This document shows positions 43,405-52,323 of a DNA stretch of 64,000 nucleotides, piece after piece. The translations under genes were made by a program, and so were the position numbers. Position 1 is the first letter of the stretch; every line of letters begins with the position of its first letter. Source of the DNA: an uncultured Chloroflexia bacterium (lineage in GTDB: Bacteria; Chloroflexota; Limnocylindria; Limnocylindrales; CSP1-4). Where the stretch lies: assembly GCA_963766735.1 (NCBI GenBank), contig CAVYBU010000006.1:32001-96000 (forward strand), written 5' to 3'. The notes beneath the pieces are model-generated. The model was not told where the DNA came from. It saw only the letters and a program-made list of their open reading frames with translations, and ran no database searches.

Positions 43405-43587
43405 CTAGAACCGTCCGCGGCGGCCCGGCGTGACGGCCGCGCCGACAACCGCGGCCTTGGCGACGGGCGACGGCCCGGGCTTGACGGCGGCGCCGACGAC
43501 GGCGGCCTTCGCGACGGGCGACGGCCCAGGCTTGACGGCGGCGGTCACGACCGCGGCCTTGGCGATCCGGGAGGGTCTCATCGGCAT
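43405..43587 (-). CDS. 60-aa microprotein with 17-aa repeats
   Basis: AAGGAG RBS inside the upstream gene end; 51-bp periodicity with synonymous third-position changes; MPMRPSRIAKAAVVTAAV-(KPGPSPVAKAAVVGAAV)2-TPGRRGRF. Confidence 0.75.
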   Translation of the reverse strand: MPMRPSRIAKAAVVTAAVKPGPSPVAKAAVVGAAVKPGPSPVAKAAVVGAAVTPGRRGRF

Positions 43588-43588
43588 G

Positions 43589-44047
43589 TCAGGCTCCTTC
43601 TGCCCCGAGGGCCTCGTCGGCCTCGATGGCGGCGATGATCGCCTGGACGGGGATCCGTCCGTTGGCAACCAGTTGACCACCCGCGTGGCGCACGGCCGCT
43701 CCGAACGGCGCCGCCCACAGGTTCTCGAAGACGAGGATCCCGGCCGTGCTGCCGGGGCTCATCGCGTAGGCGAGGTTGTAGATGTCCTCCTCGGCCAGCG
43801 TCTCGGCAAGCTGGGCCTCGATCCCGGCCAGCTCCCCGAGGTCACCGAGGTCGGTGAGCTCCTGGACCGCGACCGAGCCGTCGTTGGCCTTGCCGACGAT
43901 GAGCAGGTCCATGACCCGGATCGTTCCGGAATCGTGGAGCCTGACGAGCTCCGCGAGCGCCTCGCCCGTGAAGTTCGCCTGCCCCGCCGGGAACTCGACG
44001 ACCAGGTAGTCGACGGGCCCCAGCTCGTCGATCGATCTCTCTGTCAT
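43589..44047 (-). CDS. DUF6325-family protein
   Basis: LGPVDYLVVEFP, GTIRVMDL, PGSTAGILVFENLWAAPF and GGQLVANGRIP; GGAGG RBS. Confidence 0.85.
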   Translation of the reverse strand: MTERSIDELGPVDYLVVEFPAGQANFTGEALAELVRLHDSGTIRVMDLLIVGKANDGSVAVQELTDLGDLGELAGIEAQLAETLAEEDIYNLAYAMSPGSTAGILVFENLWAAPFGAAVRHAGGQLVANGRIPVQAIIAAIEADEALGAEGA

Positions 44048-44191
44048 GACTCCTCCATCTTTCCGGCGTACTCGCGCCATCGTGGCTACGCTGCGCTCAT
44101 CCGGGCGCCACCGCATCCCACGCTGCGGGTGAAAACCGAGTGTGCCGAGCCCACGGCTCTGCATCGGCCACGGTGTCGTGGTGGCTCTGGA

Positions 44192-46558
44192 TCATTGTCC
44201 CACGTCCATCCGCGGCCGAGGGGGCAAGCCGGGGAACGGTTCGAGCAGGCCGAGATCGATCGCCTGCTGGACGGCCTCGCTGCGGCTCGACGCCCCGAGC
44301 TTGCCGTAGATCGAGATGGCCTGCGTCTTGACCGTGTGCGGGGACAGGAACATGCGCTCGCCGATCTCCTTGAACGTGAGCGGCGTCGACAGGATCGGGA
44401 GCAGCCGTAGCTCAGCGGGGGACAGCGCAGACGACCCGGCGAGGGCGGTGGACGCATCCTTGAGGCGTGTGCGCATCTCGGCGATGCCCGCCGTGAGGGT
44501 TCCGAGAGCGGGGCGCCTGCGGGCGATCGCTTCGGCTTGGGAGACCACGTTTCGCGCGCCCGCCGGATCGGCGATCGCCAGGTAGGCCCGGGCCAGCTCC
44601 AGGAGGGCACCGACTGCGGACCAGGGCCCGGCGTAGGTGGCGAGCGGGCAGACCAGCTGGGCGCGGACGAGCTCGTCGCGCGCGCGCGCCAGGCCACCAC
44701 GATGGATCGCCACGCGCGCCGCCACGGCGTGGGTCATCAGCGACACGGCGAAGTGGCCGAGTCGAGCGCTCGCGAGCACCCCATGGCTCTCGCGGGCAAA
44801 CTCCTCTGCCGCGCCCCAATCGCCCCGTGCGATCGCGAGGCTTGCCCGGTTCGCCCAGGAGACCATGGCACCCGCCATCCCTCCCGCCGACACGGCATCC
44901 GCGAACGCCGCATCGGCGGTCCCGTCGTCACCAAGGAGCAGATGTGCCGAGCCGAGCAGCGTGAGGGCGTTCGTCCGCCAAGGACTGCCCGGCGCCTCCG
45001 CGGCCACGGCAAACGACGCATTGGCGAGCATGTCCTCCGGTCCGTTCCGGGCCATGGCCGCACGCAGCAGCGCCCTCGATGACTCGAAGGACGCGGAGCC
45101 GTCGCCCGGATCGCCGCTATACGTCGAGTGCTCGGCGATGTCCGCCAGGTGCTCGCTGGCCTCCGGCCGTCCGTTGAGGAGGTGGATCCAGGAACCCGCG
45201 ACCGCCAGCGGAGGCCGCCGCGCAAGGGCGGCGTCGTCAAAGCTCCGCAGCCACCGGTCCAGCTTGTCGCCGTGACCGCCGTAAAGGGTGGGCAGGAACG
45301 TGGACACGACGAGCGCGGCGGCGGCGTCCATGTCGTCGCCTCGCAACGCGTGCTCAACGGCGAGCTCGATGCGGTCACCCGTCGCATACCAGGCCGCCGC
45401 TCGGCGATGCAGCTGCGGCACAAGGTCCGGCTCCCGTCGGGCGAGCTCCGCCTGCAGGAACTCGCGCAGGAGGTTGTGGTAGCGGTAGCTGCCCCCGGGT
45501 CCGCCGACCTCGCCGATGAGCTGGTTGGCCTCCGCGAGCGACTCCAGCCGTGCGGCCGCTCCGGGCAGACCGGTGACGGCCGTCGCGACTTGCGGCTCGA
45601 CGACCTCGAGGATCGAGCTCCTGGTGAGGAGCGCGGTGTCGTCGCCGGTCAGACCCGACAGGAACTCGGACCGCAGGTAGTCGGCTATGTAGTCACCCCG
45701 GTCCCGCGAGCCTTCGAGAAGGCTCGCGGACCGACCCGACCGCTTGCCGGCGAGGGTGACGAGGTAGATGCCCGCAGCCCACCCCTCGGTCCGTTCCGCC
45801 AGCGCCCGGACCTCGTCGGGTATCAGGGGGTGGTCGGCGGCAGTGGTCAAGGCCTCCGTCTCGGCGAGGTCCAGGGCAAGCTCGTCCCGCCCGAGCTCGA
45901 GGAGGTCGCGCCCTGCCCGGAACCTCCCGAAGGGGAGGGCCGGTGTGGTCCGTCCCGCCACCGCCACCTGGAACCCGGCGGGGAGGTGGTCGATGAGCGT
46001 CGCCAGGGCGTCGAGACACGTTCGGTCCACGAGACGGTGAATGTCGTCCAGGACGAGCACCGCCGGCCGGCCGATGCGGTGCATCTCGAACGCGAGACGG
46101 GGCACAGCCAGAGCGACGATCCGCGACTCGGGCGCCGCAATGCCCGATCGGATGGATCCATCGACGGGTTGGAGGCGGTCGATGGCGGCGGCGAGGTAGG
46201 CGAGGAAGACGCTCGGGACGTTGTCGAAGTCGTCGAGCGTCAGCCACCCGACGGGGCGATCCTCGCGCGCCGCCCACTCTGCCAGGAGCAGAGTCTTGCC
46301 GTACCCGGGCGGGGCGCTGACCGAGACGACCGAGGCTCGAGGCTCGGCCATCAGAAGGCCGATGAGCCGGTCGCGCGGGATCGTCCCGGGGCGGGGCGCA
46401 GGCGGGAGAAGCTTCGATTCGACCAGGGGGAAGGAGGGTTGGGAGCGCGGATGCGGCTCGGCGTCCGACGGCAGGCCCGACGCCGGGCGCGGCTCGTAGG
46501 CGTTGGCGACGGTCCGGATCCTCGCTGCGGGCGCGGCTGGCTGATGGACGAGACGCAC
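44192..46558 (-). CDS. MalT-like LuxR-family ATP-dependent transcriptional regulator
   Basis: ESKLLPP, Walker A APPGYGKT, VLDDIH, TEGWAAG, YRYHNL and C-terminal HTH LS.HTVKTQAISIYGKLG; start uncertain. Confidence 0.9.
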   Translation of the reverse strand: MRLVHQPAAPAARIRTVANAYEPRPASGLPSDAEPHPRSQPSFPLVESKLLPPAPRPGTIPRDRLIGLLMAEPRASVVSVSAPPGYGKTLLLAEWAAREDRPVGWLTLDDFDNVPSVFLAYLAAAIDRLQPVDGSIRSGIAAPESRIVALAVPRLAFEMHRIGRPAVLVLDDIHRLVDRTCLDALATLIDHLPAGFQVAVAGRTTPALPFGRFRAGRDLLELGRDELALDLAETEALTTAADHPLIPDEVRALAERTEGWAAGIYLVTLAGKRSGRSASLLEGSRDRGDYIADYLRSEFLSGLTGDDTALLTRSSILEVVEPQVATAVTGLPGAAARLESLAEANQLIGEVGGPGGSYRYHNLLREFLQAELARREPDLVPQLHRRAAAWYATGDRIELAVEHALRGDDMDAAAALVVSTFLPTLYGGHGDKLDRWLRSFDDAALARRPPLAVAGSWIHLLNGRPEASEHLADIAEHSTYSGDPGDGSASFESSRALLRAAMARNGPEDMLANASFAVAAEAPGSPWRTNALTLLGSAHLLLGDDGTADAAFADAVSAGGMAGAMVSWANRASLAIARGDWGAAEEFARESHGVLASARLGHFAVSLMTHAVAARVAIHRGGLARARDELVRAQLVCPLATYAGPWSAVGALLELARAYLAIADPAGARNVVSQAEAIARRRPALGTLTAGIAEMRTRLKDASTALAGSSALSPAELRLLPILSTPLTFKEIGERMFLSPHTVKTQAISIYGKLGASSRSEAVQQAIDLGLLEPFPGLPPRPRMDVGQ

Positions 46559-46610
46559 GATACACGTGTCGAGCTCGGCCCGGCGAAGTGCCAGATGGAC
46601 CGCCGCCGCC

Positions 46611-46997
46611 TCAGGAACGCGCTGGCGGGTCCGTCCGGCCGTGATTGGACGGATCGTTCTCTTCGAGGGCAGCCTCCACGTCGTAGCCTGCGGCCAGCGC
46701 GATCCTTGGGGCCGCCGAGATGACGCGCGCCGACCCCACGGCACCGGCAACTGCCACGACGACGCCGAGGACGTCCTCGAGCGCTGCTCCGGCCCGCTGC
46801 GCCGCAGCGACGGCAACAAGGTACGACGACTGCGGGGCATCCAGCGCCACGAGGGCCCCGATCCGGAGGAGCGCCTCGGTGCGCTCGTCCAGCCGGTGGA
46901 GGCCCGGGTCCTGTTGGCCGGGGTTCGCCATCGCCCCGATCAAACCGGGATCCCCGATCGTCAGCCGGCGGAACGCCTCTTCGGTGGACGGCATCAC
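46611..46997 (-). CDS. Carboxymuconolactone decarboxylase/AhpD-like protein (no CxxC)
   Basis: LDERTEALLRIGALVALDAP..SY...A.RAGA..EDV; GAGGAGG RBS. Confidence 0.78.
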   Translation of the reverse strand: MMPSTEEAFRRLTIGDPGLIGAMANPGQQDPGLHRLDERTEALLRIGALVALDAPQSSYLVAVAAAQRAGAALEDVLGVVVAVAGAVGSARVISAAPRIALAAGYDVEAALEENDPSNHGRTDPPARS

Positions 46998-47213
46998 GTG
47001 ACCCCTCCTCGGGGGTTCTGGCGGCCGAAGGGCGTCATAGCATCGCGTCGGTGGTGACCCACATGAGGTCTGGGTGGAAGTCGTACCCCCAGGGAAGCCC
47101 TGCGTTCTTCCGCCCGAGACGTGTGTCCCTCGTGCGTCGTCATGATCCCGTCTCCAATTCTCGCCCCGGCTGGACGACCCGCCGGGCGGCGCTGATCCCG
47201 GCGCTGCAGACGC

Positions 47214-47768
47214 TCAGTCGTGCTCGTTCCCGGCCACGAACGTCCGGCTCTGGCGTGCCGGCAGCTTCATCCGGTCGGGATCGATGTCATAGCTCCAGGG
47301 CAGGCCGGAGTTCTTCCAGCCGTTCTTCATCCGCATGCCGTCGAAGACGCTCTCGGCGTCCTTGACCTGGCTCCCCTCCATACCGTCGAGGATGTTCCAG
47401 GCATTCGTGAACCCGGCCGCCGCCAACATGTTGATCGCGATCGCGCTGCGGCCACCGGACCGGCACGTGACGAGGATCTTGTCGCCTGTCGCCGCCCAGC
47501 CCTGTACCGCCGCGACGAAATCGGGGTTGAGCTCCCAGCGCAGTGCCTTCTTCTCGGGGTCCCACTCGTACGTCTGGAGCGCGAACGGGATGTTCGTGGC
47601 CATCGGCGCGTGGCCGACGAAGACGAACTCCTCCGGCGTGCGGACGTCGAGGATCTTCAGGCCGGGGTCGGCCTGCCACAGGTCGTAGGCCTCCTTCGCC
47701 GTGACATACAGCCCGAGGCCGGTCTGGCGCGCCGCGGCGATCGTCTCTTGCGGGTGGTTCGCGATCAT
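47214..47768 (-). CDS. Rhodanese-like sulfurtransferase
   Basis: LDVRTPEEF..VGH, CRSGGRS active-site loop and GWKNSGLPW. Confidence 0.88.
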   Translation of the reverse strand: MIANHPQETIAAARQTGLGLYVTAKEAYDLWQADPGLKILDVRTPEEFVFVGHAPMATNIPFALQTYEWDPEKKALRWELNPDFVAAVQGWAATGDKILVTCRSGGRSAIAINMLAAAGFTNAWNILDGMEGSQVKDAESVFDGMRMKNGWKNSGLPWSYDIDPDRMKLPARQSRTFVAGNEHD

Positions 47769-47828
47769 GGATAGACCCCTTTCTGAAACGGCATGGCGCC
47801 CCTCGGCGCGTGACGAGTCGGTCGTTGC

Positions 47829-49556
47829 TCAACCTGCGGCAAGGCGGGCCTCGATGTGGTGGACGGCGGCATCGACGGTCGGGAACAGGTGGTCTTCACC
47901 GATCTGGTCCAGCAATCCGGTCTTGGCGGCGAACTCCAGGACCGGCTGGTGGACCTCGGCGAAGTCCGTATCGATGCCGCGTTTTCGCAGCCGTCCCACG
48001 AGGCCCTTCAGCATGTCGGAGCTGGTGATGTCCAGGCTGTCCTGCCCGGCGGCGTCGATGAGCACGGCGCGCACCGGCCCATCAGAGTCCTCGAGCAGGC
48101 GCATGATCTGGTCCCGCACCGTCAGGGCATTCGCGTAGTAGAGCTGCGCATCCAGCCGCAGGATCAGGATGCCGGGCACGGGCGCTGCCGCAGGATGCCG
48201 CGTCACGTCGCCGAACGCTCCGGCCTGGTCTGGCATCCTCCCCAGGCGTGAGAGGTGTGGGCGGCTCGATCGGTAGATGATGATGAGCAGTGCGCTCACG
48301 AGGCCGATGAGCATCCCCGGCAGGACGTCGATGAGGATCACGCCCGCGAAGGTCAGCACGCCGAGCGTGAACTCCGTTCGCGACACCAGCCTCGCGGTGT
48401 GCAACTTGCGCGACGCGACGATGTGCCACAGCGCGTGCAGGATCAGCGCTGCGAGGATTGTCTCCGGCAGGTTCGTGAACAGCGGCGTGAGGAACAGGAG
48501 CGTCAGCACGACGGCGGCCCAGGCCACGAGCCCGGAGACCTGTGACCTCCCCCCGGCCCCGTCGTTTACAGCCGACGGCGCCATGCTGCCGCCGGCAACC
48601 TGCCCGCCGAACAGGCCGGTGGCGAAGTTGACGGCGGCATAGGCCCCCAGCTCCGTGTTCGAGTCGATCTCGTAGTCGTGCTTGTCGGCGTACTCGTGGG
48701 CAACGCCAAGAGACTGGCTGAACGTGACGAGCAGCATGGCGATCGCCGGCAGGACCATGATCGGCAGGACGGACAGCGGGACCGCCGGCACGGCGGGGAT
48801 CGGCAGGCCCTGGGGCAGCACGCCGACCACCTCCACGCCATGGGTGGCGCTGAGGTCGAGGACGGAGCTGACGACGATCGACCCGAACAGAACGATCAGC
48901 CCGGCGGGGATCTTCCGGTTCCAGCGCGGCAGGAGAACGAGCAGGGCGAGCGCGGCAATGCCCAGGACAAAGGTGAACCAGTTGGCGTCCGGCAGCTCAC
49001 GCACGATGCCGATCAGCTTCTCGACCGTGTTGCCGGCCGGTTTCTCCACGCCCAGGAGCTTGTTGAGCTGCCCGACCATGACGTATACGGCCAGGCCGGT
49101 GATGAAGCCGTCCAGCACCGGCTTCGAGAGGAACTGGGTGACGAAGCCGAGGCGCGCCAGCCGGGCGACCAGGAACACCGCGCCGACGACGAGGACGAAG
49201 GCGCCCACGTACTGCTGGTAGAGCGCAGGGTCGATGGGCGACCCGCTGGCAACCACGCCGGCCGCGACCATGACGGCCGTCACGGAGGACGCGATCAGGG
49301 CCGCCGACGCCGAGGTCGGCTGGACGAAGACGTGCCGCGAGCTGCCCAGCACCGCATAGACGAGCAGCGAGCACACCAGGGTGTACAGGCCGAACTGGGG
49401 CGGAAGCCCGGCAACACCGGCATAGGCCATCGATTCGGGAACGATGAGTCCCCAGACCGTCAGCCCGGCGATCGCGTCAGCGGTCAGCCAGCTCCGATCG
49501 TAGGCCGGCAGCCACGCGAGGATCGGGATGCTCCGTTTGAGTGTCGGGGTCGTCAC
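47829..49556 (-). CDS. SulP/SLC26 anion transporter with STAS domain
   Basis: DAIAGLTV...VPESMAYA..AGLPP.FGLY, FLSKPVL.GF and STAS LYYANA. Confidence 0.93.
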   Translation of the reverse strand: MTTPTLKRSIPILAWLPAYDRSWLTADAIAGLTVWGLIVPESMAYAGVAGLPPQFGLYTLVCSLLVYAVLGSSRHVFVQPTSASAALIASSVTAVMVAAGVVASGSPIDPALYQQYVGAFVLVVGAVFLVARLARLGFVTQFLSKPVLDGFITGLAVYVMVGQLNKLLGVEKPAGNTVEKLIGIVRELPDANWFTFVLGIAALALLVLLPRWNRKIPAGLIVLFGSIVVSSVLDLSATHGVEVVGVLPQGLPIPAVPAVPLSVLPIMVLPAIAMLLVTFSQSLGVAHEYADKHDYEIDSNTELGAYAAVNFATGLFGGQVAGGSMAPSAVNDGAGGRSQVSGLVAWAAVVLTLLFLTPLFTNLPETILAALILHALWHIVASRKLHTARLVSRTEFTLGVLTFAGVILIDVLPGMLIGLVSALLIIIYRSSRPHLSRLGRMPDQAGAFGDVTRHPAAAPVPGILILRLDAQLYYANALTVRDQIMRLLEDSDGPVRAVLIDAAGQDSLDITSSDMLKGLVGRLRKRGIDTDFAEVHQPVLEFAAKTGLLDQIGEDHLFPTVDAAVHHIEARLAAG

Positions 49557-49677
49557 TCAGGCGTCCTTGGGAAACAGATCGTGCGCGTGCCGCCGGGACG
49601 CGCATATGGGATCGTGCGGAGGCTCAATCGTGCGGGCGGCCCACTTGTTCCGCCCGCACGAACGCGTGCGGTCCCAG

Positions 49678-50844
49678 CTACCCGAGGCGGATGCCTTCTA
49701 CCTCGAGCCCGCCGCCGTGCGGCAGCTTGCTCCAGCTCCGGCGCGCCCACTCCTCCTTGAGGACCTCCTCCGCCGCCTTCTCCAGGAACTCCGGCCGGGC
49801 CCATGCGTCCACGTCGAAGTCGTTCTTGATGTAGCCGTGCTTGAACATGAAGTCCTTGCCGATCTTGATGGTCTGCATGTTCATTGCGCTCAGGCTCGGC
49901 ACCATGTCGACGTGCTTGATGCCCTGGTACGTGTCCTCGGCATCCAGATAGAACGTCTGGCGGTTGAGGATCGCGCCGGCAGCGCGCTTGTGCTCATTGG
50001 CCCAGCGCCCGACCTTGACCATGGCCTTCATGTAGGCGATGACGAGCTCGGGATGCTCGTCGGCCATCTCCCTGGTGCATGTGATCACCGCGGGGGTGTT
50101 GGCGACCTGGATGGTCCAGTCGGGGTACCGGGACAGGTCCTCGATCATCTTGAGCTGGCCCGTGGCCTCCTGGAGATGCTGGAAGGGCTTGCTCTGGGTG
50201 TAGATGGCGTCGACGACACCGCCGAGCAGCGCCTTCTCGAGCGGGCGGAAGGCAAGGTCGTGCTTGTGGTCGCGGCGCATCCACAGCTCGGACGGGTTGT
50301 TCATCGGCGGGACGAGCATCTCCGGCTTGTCGTACCAGTCGTCCGGGTAGGGAAACTCGACGAGCTCGATGTCGTCCATCGTCATGTCGTGGAGCTTGAG
50401 CATGTTCAGGATGCCCATGTGCTCCTGGATCCGCCACCAGTCGTTCTTGATGGTGTTCAGGCTCTTGCTGATGCCGATCTTCTTGCCCTTGAGGTCCGAC
50501 ATCTTGAAGACGTCGTCACGGGCACGGACGACCATGCAGCCGCCTTCGTAGACCCAGGTCGCTCCCAGCAGCACGGTGCGCCGAAGGTCGGCGTTCACGT
50601 GGATCGGCGGGTAGAGGCCGCCGAAGCGGATCAGGTTGTCGAGGTTGTGGATGTAGTGCGGGTACCAGTTGTTCTCGGGAGCGTGGCGGAAGTAGGCGTA
50701 CTCGACGCCGATCTTCTTGAACTCCTCGCGGCACCAGCCCAGCTCCTGGTCCACGTTGTTGGCGGACACCATGGGGCAGTTGGTGAACCAGACCTCGTTC
50801 CAGTTCAGCGGGACGGTTGTGGAGACTCGGTGTACCTCTGCCAT
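49678..50844 (-). CDS. DszB-like desulfinase / SsuA-fold protein
   Basis: FTNCP, PHY and RFGGLYPP match the DszB Cys/His/Arg region; DLKGKKIG SsuA-fold motif; no signal peptide. Confidence 0.72.
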   Translation of the reverse strand: MAEVHRVSTTVPLNWNEVWFTNCPMVSANNVDQELGWCREEFKKIGVEYAYFRHAPENNWYPHYIHNLDNLIRFGGLYPPIHVNADLRRTVLLGATWVYEGGCMVVRARDDVFKMSDLKGKKIGISKSLNTIKNDWWRIQEHMGILNMLKLHDMTMDDIELVEFPYPDDWYDKPEMLVPPMNNPSELWMRRDHKHDLAFRPLEKALLGGVVDAIYTQSKPFQHLQEATGQLKMIEDLSRYPDWTIQVANTPAVITCTREMADEHPELVIAYMKAMVKVGRWANEHKRAAGAILNRQTFYLDAEDTYQGIKHVDMVPSLSAMNMQTIKIGKDFMFKHGYIKNDFDVDAWARPEFLEKAAEEVLKEEWARRSWSKLPHGGGLEVEGIRLG

Positions 50845-51019
50845 GTTCGGTGCTCCTCGTTCCTTCGTGCTGTTGGCCATCGCCAGTCCCGTCCTGCACG
50901 GCCCGCGCACTGGACCCGAGTCTCGCGTGACTTCCTGCCCCGACTCTGGTCCTCCAGCCGTCGGCCGGCATCGCGCGAATCGCGGCATTCCGTTCCCGCT
51001 CGGGGCGCTCCGCCCAGCC

Positions 51020-51460
51020 TCAGGCCCGGTCCGTCCTGGCCACGAGGTGCGGGAGGGCATCGGCTCGGTCGCCTCCTCCAGCTCGGGTGCGCCGGGCGGC
51101 AGGGAGAGGTCCCGGGTCCACGCCCGCCTCCTCCAGGCCCGACAGCGCGATGACCAGGAACACGATGGAGGCGAGGCCGCACGGGCCGAACCAGCCGATG
51201 AACGCGACCGTCAGCGGCTGGTAGCGCTCGCCAAGGAGCGCGATGGCGACCGGCACCATGCGGATCGCGGCGAGGCTCAGGACGGCGTAGGCGATTGCAG
51301 CCGGGTCCCACAGGCTGGTCAGGATCCTGCCGGCGACGGCGAGCCCGAAGTCGCACCACACCCCGATCGCCAGCAGGGAGCCTTGTGCCTCGGTGAAGTG
51401 GACGGCGTCCTCGTCGCGCTGTCGCGTTCCGGCCCCGAAGGCGAGGCCGCCGACGAAGGG
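51020..51460 (-). pseudogene. Internal fragment of a CPA1 (NhaP-like) cation:proton antiporter
   Basis: FVGGLAFG...AIAYAVLSL..IRMVPVAIAL...FIGWFGP(C)GLASIVF; lacks the N-terminal portion and has the conserved R of GPRG replaced by C. Confidence 0.7.
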
Positions 51461-51561
51461 GATGTCCTAGGCTGGATCTCGCTGGATCCGCGCGACGGGC
51501 AAGTTCAGACCCATGGCGACCATCCCCGTCAACCGCCCAACCGTTGTTCGCGGGAGCGAGC

Positions 51562-51840
51562 TCAGAAGGGGGTGTCCCGCCCCGGGTCCATGTTCGAGCG
51601 CTCACGCACCGCATCGACGACGTCGCCCGGGCGATGCTGGGCATCCACCGGGGCCGGAGCGCCCTTGCCGCGGGACTTCCGCTTCCGGTCGCTCGTCAGC
51701 GCGCGAAGGCGCTCCTCGCTCGTCAGCGGGGCCTCGCCGGTGGGCGTGGACGGCGCCTCGGCTGCGCTCGTGGACGGTGCCTCGGCTGCGCTCGTGGGCG
51801 GTGCCTCGCCGGCCGGGCTGTCGGTGTGCTCATCGGTCAT
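51562..51840 (-). CDS. Small disordered hypothetical protein with 8-aa repeats
   Basis: GGAGG RBS; 24-bp repeats encoding AEAPSTSA; C-terminal MDPGRDTPF. Confidence 0.6.
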   Translation of the reverse strand: MTDEHTDSPAGEAPPTSAAEAPSTSAAEAPSTPTGEAPLTSEERLRALTSDRKRKSRGKGAPAPVDAQHRPGDVVDAVRERSNMDPGRDTPF

Positions 51841-51907
51841 GGCCGCGTGCCTCCAGTTCGTGCATCGATATGGTCGCGGTCGCGATGCCGGGCTCAGGCC
51901 CGGCCGT

Positions 51908-52242
51908 CTGGCGCCGCGCCCGGTCACGATGCCGGGGCTCCGTACAGCGTGCCATACTCCGTCGATGGACCTCACATTCGTCGGCTGGATCGTCGTTGGC
52001 CTGATCGCAGGGTTGTTCTCCGGCGTCGTCGCCGGTGGCCGGACGCTCCAGGGCTGGATGCCGAGCCTCGCCATCGGCCTGGTGGCCGCGGTGATCGCGG
52101 GCTGGCTGCTGCTGAACGTCGTGGGGATGGACTCGATCACCAGCATCTGGGTTGCGGCGCTGTTCGCGACGGTCGTCGCGATCGTCCTCCGGCTGCTCAT
52201 CAAGACGGTCTCGTTCGGCGGCGACTGACGGCCGGCAGGCGG
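51908..52242 (+). repeat. ~335-bp direct repeat, copy 1 (promoter plus glsB-like gene)
   Basis: Near-identical to 61271-61606, including non-coding flanks. Confidence 0.93.
51965..52228 (+). CDS. GlsB/YeaQ/YmgE (transglycosylase-associated) family membrane protein
   Basis: WIVVGLIAG...IGLVAAVIAGWL; 3 TM, 87 aa. Confidence 0.8.
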   Translation: MDLTFVGWIVVGLIAGLFSGVVAGGRTLQGWMPSLAIGLVAAVIAGWLLLNVVGMDSITSIWVAALFATVVAIVLRLLIKTVSFGGD

Positions 52243-52323
52243 ACGCCCAGCGGTGAACGTGTCGACCCACGGCCCGTTTGAGATGAGCCGCCGACGCACC
52301 GCGGGCGTGGCTATGCTCTTGCG

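Noticed and set aside
43405-43587. RiPP precursor with repeated cores
   Set aside because: No modifying enzyme (YcaO, LanM, radical SAM, methyltransferase) or dedicated peptidase is nearby.
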